A stretch of 31,394 nt of DNA from Trichoplax adhaerens. Its lineage: Eukaryota; Animalia; Placozoa. Where the stretch lies: positions 2,263 through 33,656 of the forward strand of contig NW_002061014.1 of assembly GCF_000150275.1 (NCBI RefSeq). Reading direction: 5' to 3'. Under the pieces are notes generated by a model that was given only the letters and a program-made list of their open reading frames with translations, was not told where the DNA came from and did not search any database. The translations under genes were made by a program, and so were the position numbers. Shown one piece after another: positions 24,377 to 31,394 of the stretch (position 1 is its first letter; each line of letters begins with the position of its first letter).

Positions 24377-24548
24377 TGTTTTCCTTTTATATCGAATAGC
24401 AATGTGCTAGTGCATGACTGATATTTAATATTTTAATATTTTACCATGCTGAATTATTAACACTATGTTTTCTTTTATGTCGAATAGCAATGAGCTGGTG
24501 CATGACTGATATTTAATATTTAATGTTCTAGTCTGCTAAATTATTAAC
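24377..24548. repeat. Tandem duplication of ~88 bp in the 3' flank of copy 5
   Basis: atgtttt..ttttat.tcgaatagcaatg.gct.gtgcatgactgatatttaatattt...attattaac occurs twice; the paralogous flank at ~30105-30185 has one copy. Confidence 0.88.
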
Positions 24549-24870
24549 CATCTCTACATACTCAGATAACTTCCATATTTGTTAAATCTGCTAATGTACA
24601 ATGTAAAATAATAACTCTATAACAATTTAATTTGATATTAAGTAGTGATATGCCAGTATAGGTATTGATTTCCGTGATGTAGGCTCAATAATGTATGTCT
24701 CGATGTTCATTAGCTTTTACGAATTCTTGATCCTTGACAATAATAATATAATATTTATATTAAATAGTCATGTAATAGATTGATATAGCACACCAGATAA
24801 TTCAGCTCTTATGCAGATAGTAATGCTGGCTAAGCACGATAACCAATTCCCGCTACTGACCGAAACTAAC

Positions 24871-25818
24871 TTATTTATATAAGCACTTTCGCCACAAATG
24901 CATAAACTTTTCCATAATATTCCGATCAAATTTTAATAGGAGGAATGGGTTGATGATAAATATAGATAGAGTCGTTGCTAAAGCAAAATATAGTAAAACA
25001 TACAGAACATTACTTTCTAACGAGATTTGATGGGCTGTCTTTCGAGTTACAGCACTGCCAATTAGGCCAGCAAAATATGGCCAAGCGATGAACACAGTCG
25101 AAAATGTTATGCTCATTAAAACTTTAGTAAATCGTTTTTTTTGTAAGATTTCCGCTTCTACTCGATTGGATGCCATATAACCCGGTCTGACACGATTCTT
25201 ATGAATCGTAGCTAATTTGATATAAATGATCATTATAATTGAAACTGGAATGATGTACACGACAAAAGTGAATATAAATTGCCATACTGCTACAGCATAT
25301 GTCACTTTTGAAAAATCGCATGAAGTCGTCGAATTAGCATGAGAAGAAATAAATACGAAAACAGGAGATGATATCGATATCGATACTATAAACAGAAATA
25401 CTTCACACGAGATAAGAAATCGCATTTTATACTTTCGATAAAACGGTGATAACGGTCTCGCTATAATGAAATAACGATGAATACTAATTAATGATAAATT
25501 CATGATAGAGATCCCAAATGATATCAGCATAAAAAATAAAACTAATTTACATAGTATAGTGCCTAAAAGATAACTTACATTACCGATTGCTATAAAAGAA
25601 TAGCCAATAAAGCCTGAAGTAGACGAAAGAACATCGGATAGTACTGAAACGAGTATTAACCGATACGTGGAGTTTTTAAAATACTTGTCTGCTAGTAAAA
25701 GATAGGCCATAGATATATTAAGAATTAGACCTAGAAAGGAGGCTGGAATACCACATATGGCGACATAGCGGTGTATTTGTAAGTTGGATGGAGGAGTGAC
25801 AGTAATGTTTGTGTTCAT
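24871..25818 (-). CDS. Class A orphan GPCR, 315 aa, intact (copy 5)
   Basis: Full ORF with GLILN, VLSD, ILCK, ISIHRYF, TSCD, YIIP, AWP and INPFLLLKFD. Confidence 0.93.
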   Translation of the reverse strand: MNTNITVTPPSNLQIHRYVAICGIPASFLGLILNISMAYLLLADKYFKNSTYRLILVSVLSDVLSSTSGFIGYSFIAIGNVSYLLGTILCKLVLFFMLISFGISIMNLSLISIHRYFIIARPLSPFYRKYKMRFLISCEVFLFIVSISISSPVFVFISSHANSTTSCDFSKVTYAVAVWQFIFTFVVYIIPVSIIMIIYIKLATIHKNRVRPGYMASNRVEAEILQKKRFTKVLMSITFSTVFIAWPYFAGLIGSAVTRKTAHQISLESNVLYVLLYFALATTLSIFIINPFLLLKFDRNIMEKFMHLWRKCLYK

Positions 25819-26830
25819 GTTTCAAGTTATAAATAGTTAAGAAATACTCACTCGATGAAGTTTTTAACCGAATACCGTCAATGGCTTGAAGCTTTAGCAC
25901 TGTATTATATTATATTTCAATTTTTGACCTTAATGTGATCGTAAATAGGTTTAATATTATGATTTGCTTAAAAACTTAATCTTTATCCAACATACCGGTT
26001 CGTCCAATTTCAACTACGCTTAATTTAAAGTTCTTTAATAAAGCTCTTGATTAATTTTGAGGTCGAAAAGAGCGAATTCTAAATCAAGGTATATCACATC
26101 ACGATATTGGTTTAATATCTGTTATAATCTTATTTAAAATAAGTTACGTTCTGTGATATATACCGATCACGAAATTCCAAATTTTAGAAAAATAATGGCT
26201 TTATTGAATCTTATACAAAGATTAACAACATACAGCTCTACTCTAGCCGAATACTACTTCTCAAGACTTCTAGAACGAACTAACTGAATAATCTAAAGTT
26301 GCATGCTTTTATACTTTCCGTAGCATTCACAGCTACTATCCGCATGGCAATCTTTTACCTTATTTTACACATAGTTAAATTATTCTTAGTAACACTATTC
26401 TACTGCGGACCATCATTAATCCAATATGGATACGACTACAGTACTTACGTAGACATCATTCACACCAGCCAAAGTACAATGAATTAACCATATCCTAATA
26501 TATGATTTATAGTTATATTTTTACCTATAACCTTATTAGTAACTCAACACCTTACTGTATGTAGCCATCTGTACTCTAGCATAGAGTCTCTACCACTACA
26601 GTCAATAGTTATAGCTACCAAATATCTCTTAATAACTGCTGTTTTATCCTGTATAGCTTTATGAAAAATTTATAACAACTATATCGGAATAAGAAAGATA
26701 GAAAGGCAAGAAAAATGAAATCGCATTTTTATTCTATACGTACAAAATATACAAGTCAATTATCTGTTTGATAATGTGATTTAATGAAATGTGATTGTCT
26801 ATGACAGAGTCGCTGTATAGGTCTATTTCT
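25819..26830. repeat. 5' flank of copy 5, paralogous to the 5' flank of copy 6 (28211-28830)
   Basis: Shared gcttgaag..tt.gcac, taaatagg, cttaatttaaag, aataaag.tcttgat, ataactgctg and agagtcg.tgtataggtctatt. Confidence 0.88.
26142..26637 (-). mobile_element. Truncated, more diverged copy of LTR family A
   Basis: Aligns to 1373-~1874 (acagctctactctagcc, aagacttctagaa, catatcctaatatatga, agctaccaaatat). Absent from the paralogous region ~28530-28680. Confidence 0.88.
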
Positions 26831-27620
26831 ACGGGACCTAACTATAATTATCAATTATAAATAGCTACATTTCTTTCCATTGACATCTTGAAAAGAAAAA
26901 TCAGCTTTAACTTGTATGTATACACAAAAACAATTAAACCAGATCTTTTGTTCGATTTTATTTAGTACTTTTAGTATCTAACGCAATATTATACGATTGA
27001 ATACCTAAAGAGCAAAGGGCTGCAGTGATCTGTATCATGCTAGCCACAAAAAACTTTACACTTATTACATTATTTGAATAAAATTTTTGTGTTATATGAA
27101 GATGAAAGTTTCTGTTTCTTATGTTCAAGTCCCCGTTTTTAATATTCGTTATGACACAACATGAATTCTTCCGCTATATGTACGCTCTGTGAAAATTTAA
27201 GAATAAATATTTCGATAACTTGCTATGACATGGCTTAGCGCTAGACTGGCTTTCATATAATTATTGATGGAGTGGCATGTGCTAAGTAACTTCGAAAAGT
27301 AATACTGGTCCATAGATATTACTAATAATATATACAGGATGTATATAGTAACAACCAAATTTGTAGATGCTAATCTACGATGCTTTGCTGAAAGTAGGGC
27401 AGAGATACCTCAATTTACATTTAATTCATATTTTATTAGGATTGCGAACTTATGTAGTAAAGAAAGCATAATAAATTTAATTTTCTATTTAATATACATT
27501 TTAATTTGCTGCTTTGATTTCTATAGGCTATTTAATTTCGAGAAATATCATTCCTGCTATAGTTATATCACAATGTAACAGCACGATCAATAACCAATTC
27601 TGGCTACAGTCAGGAACCAC

Positions 27621-28210
27621 CTANNNNNNNNNNNNNNNNNNNNNNNNNNNNNNNNNNNNNNNNNNNNNNNNNNNNNNNNNNNNNNNNNNNNNNNNNNNNN
27701 NNNNNNNNNNNNNNNNNNNNNNNNNNNNNNNNNGAAGAGCATATACCAAGTTAGGTAATGATGTCGATATCGATGCTACATATAGAAATAGTTGGCACGC
27801 TATAAGAAATTGAATCTTATATTTCGATAAAATGATGATAGTGGCTTCGCTACAATGAAATCAAGGTAAATACTGATTAATGATAAATTCATAATGGAGA
27901 TCCCAAATGACATCATGGTAACAAATTACATTATTTTAGCCAGTATAGTGTTTAAATGATAACTGAAGTTGACGATGGTAATAGATAAATAGCCAATAAA
28001 GGCTGCAATAGACGAAAGAAAATTGGATAGTACTGAAACGAGTATTAACCGATATGTTGGTTTTTTTAAATACTCATCTATTAGTAAAAGATAGGCCATG
28101 GATGTATTAAGAAATAGACCAACAACAGACGCTAGAACAGCACAAATGGCGACGTAGCGATGAATTTGTTATTTAGATTGAAGAGTAGCAGTAATATTGG
28201 TGTTGCTCAT
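27621..28210 (-). pseudogene. GPCR pseudogene (copy 6), 3' half hidden in an N gap; not shown in the ORF track
   Basis: ATG at 28210 reads MSNTNITATLQSK*QIHRYVAIC (stop at codon 14). Second stop near 27927 (AKIM*FVT). The HRY position is degraded to ISIYLDF and there is a 1-bp deletion near 27820. Sequence left of the gap (27590-27623) matches the 3' flank and stop position of the paralogs. Confidence 0.88.
27624..27733. other. Assembly gap (110 N) inside GPCR copy 6
   Basis: Run of N. By homology about 470 bp of coding sequence is missing here. Confidence 1.
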
Positions 28211-30509
28211 ATTTCAAGTAATAAATGGTTTAAAAATTCATACGATCAAACTTTTAACTAAATAGCATTAATAGCTTGAAGTCTTGGCACATTATTGCAT
28301 TTTATTTGACGGTTTAACCTTGATACGATCATAAATAGGGATAATATCTTCACTTTCTAAAAAAATGGAATATATATTTAGCATAACGGTTCTCCCAGTT
28401 TCAGCTACACTTAATTTAAAGCTTTCTAATAAAGTTCTTGATCAATTCGGCGGTCGAGTAGAACAAATTCTAAGTAAAATTATATTACAAAATGATGTAG
28501 TTTAATATTGATGGTAACGTTATAGAAAGTAATTTGTTTCACTAAATCCACGACGAAGAATAGTTTACATTCAAAAGAAATTTCTTCCTAATTGAGATTG
28601 TATTCTAGTTGCAGTCAAATTAAGATTTGTCCAATGCCATCATGGTTTAATTATATGTTAGATAGTTTTTGCAGTTATTTATAACTGCTGATTTGTTTTA
28701 TATGGCTTTACTAAATATTTATGACAACTGGATCAGAATAAGAGTAATAAATACAAATTAAATGCATGTATGATAATGTAATTTATTAAAACGTGATTAT
28801 TTTCGATAGAGTCGATGTATAGGTCTATTAATCCAGATAATTGAGATCGGCGTTAAAAAATATATCACTGATTCACAATCTCCCTGATCTCGCCTACGAA
28901 ATATTTCAAAGATTGCCGTATGACAGATTTCTAGGGCCTAATTAATAAATTACTGGTCTCTATTTATCACTACCTATTTGTATAGTAATTCAGCGCCATA
29001 ACGTTTATTATGGTCATGGCCTGCTAGAGTATCCTTACACACCGAGATTTACCATCTGCAAGAACATTATGCTAAATACGACCAATAATCTACAGCCCAA
29101 TACCGCATCAAGTTCTATTGCAGTGGAGATATATATTAAAATATCGATGCATTGCAGTTTGGTAATTTCATCAATAACAGTACATTGAGACTACTTAATT
29201 AGATTTATACCACTGCTTGCACTGGCACTTCGAACGTGCTAAGATAACTACAGAACCTATGATAATGACTGGCTATTTTAGGACAGTTGGGAAGAACCTC
29301 TATAATTAGGACTTTCAAATATTAGAAAGACTAACTATAGATTCTTAGACACACTACAGTATAATCCGACGCCGAGGCATAAAAATCGAGAGTTTTTAAT
29401 TACTTAATATGATAATTTTAAGATAACATTGCTTACTGAGCTATTTGTGGAATAAACATTTAAGCTGCATTGCTGTAGGATAATACTTTCGTTGTCATCT
29501 AATTGGGATGTGTGATGGAATGATAAACTGTTTCATTTTTTTCTACTTAGTTACTCCATTCTCTCCAATCCGTAACAATTGCGATTAATGCAGTTTACAT
29601 TCGTAGCGATAGCTTATAATTAGCAAAGTTGAGATCATAGTATTCTCAATTTATATGAATAGGGTCGACGATAGAAAAAAGGAACTTGTCTAAAATGTAG
29701 TAGCGTACGTTATTGTCGCGTGTTAAATATAATACTAATATTGGATAAAATCATACTCCTTTCCAAGCGTTCAGAAATAGATTCCTATTGTTTTGACTAT
29801 TAACAATTAAATGTTCCAAAATGCTTTCGGTTTCCTAACCTAAATAGTGAGAACAATACTCTCTTGGTAGGCTATTAACACCGTATTTTAATGATCGTAG
29901 CTACCGCATGTATAATGTACGGTAGTCTGTCTAAAGTTAGTATCTGTTTCATATGCAAGCATAGATAACACACTAATTTATAAGGTGAACCAACAGCTAT
30001 TCTAATGATTCAATCTACTAAGCTTATAATTATCTTTATAAATTCAAATCTTAATATTGGTTGAATTGACTAAATCATGATCTACAATAATAATGTTACA
30101 AAGTTTTTTAATAACGAATATTAATGTGCAAGTAGAGATTTACTATTTAATATTTTAATGTTCTAGCCTTTTAAACTATTAATATTATCTATGTATGCTT
30201 CTGCATTTATTAATTTGATAATTTATAATACAAAATAATAGCACTACAACATTATACTTTGATATTAACAGATGATATAGGGCTGTAAGTATATATCATT
30301 GCAATATAAGTTTGATAACATATGCCTCGATATTCGTTGAATTTTTACTGATTTATATTCCTTAACAATGCAATGTTTTACTGTGATATTAAAGAGTAAC
30401 ATTACAGATTGATACAGTACATCAGAATGTTCAGTGATTATGTCTTAAGCAATGCAAGCTATGCCCTATGAATAACCAATTCTGGTTACAGATCGGAATT
30501 GACTTATTT

Positions 30510-31394
30510 TCATGCGCACTTTCGCCACAAAGTCAAAAACTTTTCCCTAATATTATGATCAAATTTTAATAGGAGGAATGGATTAAGAACAAATATGGAT
30601 AGAGTTATAACGGAAGAAAAATATACTAAAATATACAAAATGTGACTTTCTAACGAGATTTGATAGGCTGTCTTTCGAGTTAAAGCACTGCTAACTATGG
30701 CAGCGAAATTCGGCCAAGTGAGGCACACAGTCGAAAATGCTATGCTCATTAAAACTTTAGTAAATCGTTTCTTTTGTAAGATTTCTGCTTCTACTCGATT
30801 GGACGCCATATAACCCGGTGTGACGTGATTCTTATAAATTGTAGCTAATTTGATATAAATGATTATCATAATTGAAACTGGAATGATATACATAATGAAT
30901 GTAAATATAAATTGCCATACTGCTACAGCATATGTCACTTTTGAAACATCACAGAAAGTCGTCGAATTACGACGAGAAGAAATATATACCAAGATAGGCG
31001 ATGATATCGATATCGATACTATAAACAGAAATACTTCACACGAGATAAGAAATTGAATTTTATACTTTCGATAAAACAATGATAATGGTCTCGCTACAAT
31101 GAAATAACGATGAACACTAATTAATGATAGATTCATGATAGAGATCCCAAATGACATCATGCAAATAAATAAAATTGTTTTACAAAGTATAGTGTTTAGA
31201 AGATAACCTGCGTAACCGATAACTATAAAAAAATAGCCAATAAAGGATGCAGTAGACGAAAGAACATCGGATAGTACTGAAACGAGTATTAACCGATAAG
31301 TAAGTTTTTAAAATATTTATCTGTTAGTAAAAGATAAGCCATAGATGCATTAAAAATTAGACCAACGAAAGACGCCGGAATACCACATATAGCA
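30510..31394 (-). pseudogene. GPCR copy 7, 5'-truncated by the window end, with one -1 frameshift (recent pseudogene or sequencing error)
   Basis: Homology with copies 3 and 5 continues to the window edge (AICGIPASFVGLIFNASMAYLLLTDKYFK). At ~31305 the + strand has T5 where copies 3 and 4 have T6, which shifts the frame. Everything downstream is open (the 216-aa ORF is part of it) and ends two codons early (CA*K*). Confidence 0.8.

Noticed and set aside
26299-26487. 62-aa hydrophobic ORF in LTR-A whose frame is also open in the 1373-1948 copy
   Set aside because: The other copy has no matching start codon, has a frameshifting indel at the 5' end, and most differences change amino acids. There is no sign of coding constraint.
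27514-27813. Plus-strand ORFs 27514-27813 and 30859-31056 resemble each other
   Set aside because: They are antisense shadows of paralogous GPCR sequence, and the first also spans an N gap.

Overview
AT-rich animal genomic DNA, not prokaryotic. The receptor style and composition resemble a placozoan such as Trichoplax, which is an unverified inference. The window is a head-to-tail, minus-strand array of at least seven paralogous, intronless, ~315-aa class A (rhodopsin-like) 7TM GPCR genes. Three are intact (5548-6501, 16055-17002, 24871-25818), three are clearly decayed pseudogenes (11282-12242, 20148-20943, 27621-28210), and one has a single homopolymer frameshift and runs off the window end (30510-31394). 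The spacers are duplicated along with the genes, so paralogous empty sites let insertions be delimited. The insertions are TG...CA solo-LTR-like elements: three have perfect 5-bp TSDs, one of these is nested inside another LTR, and one is only 119 bp. There is also the 5' part of a gag-like retroelement with strong one-strand G depletion, and several degenerate tandem repeats, including an ~82-bp repeat upstream of two receptor copies. Assembly gaps lie at 1090-1139 and 27624-27733. I see no RNA genes or CRISPR arrays. I found no clearly new biological system. The best leads are the non-canonical orphan GPCR family, the apparently G-to-A-edited retroelement and the very short LTRs.
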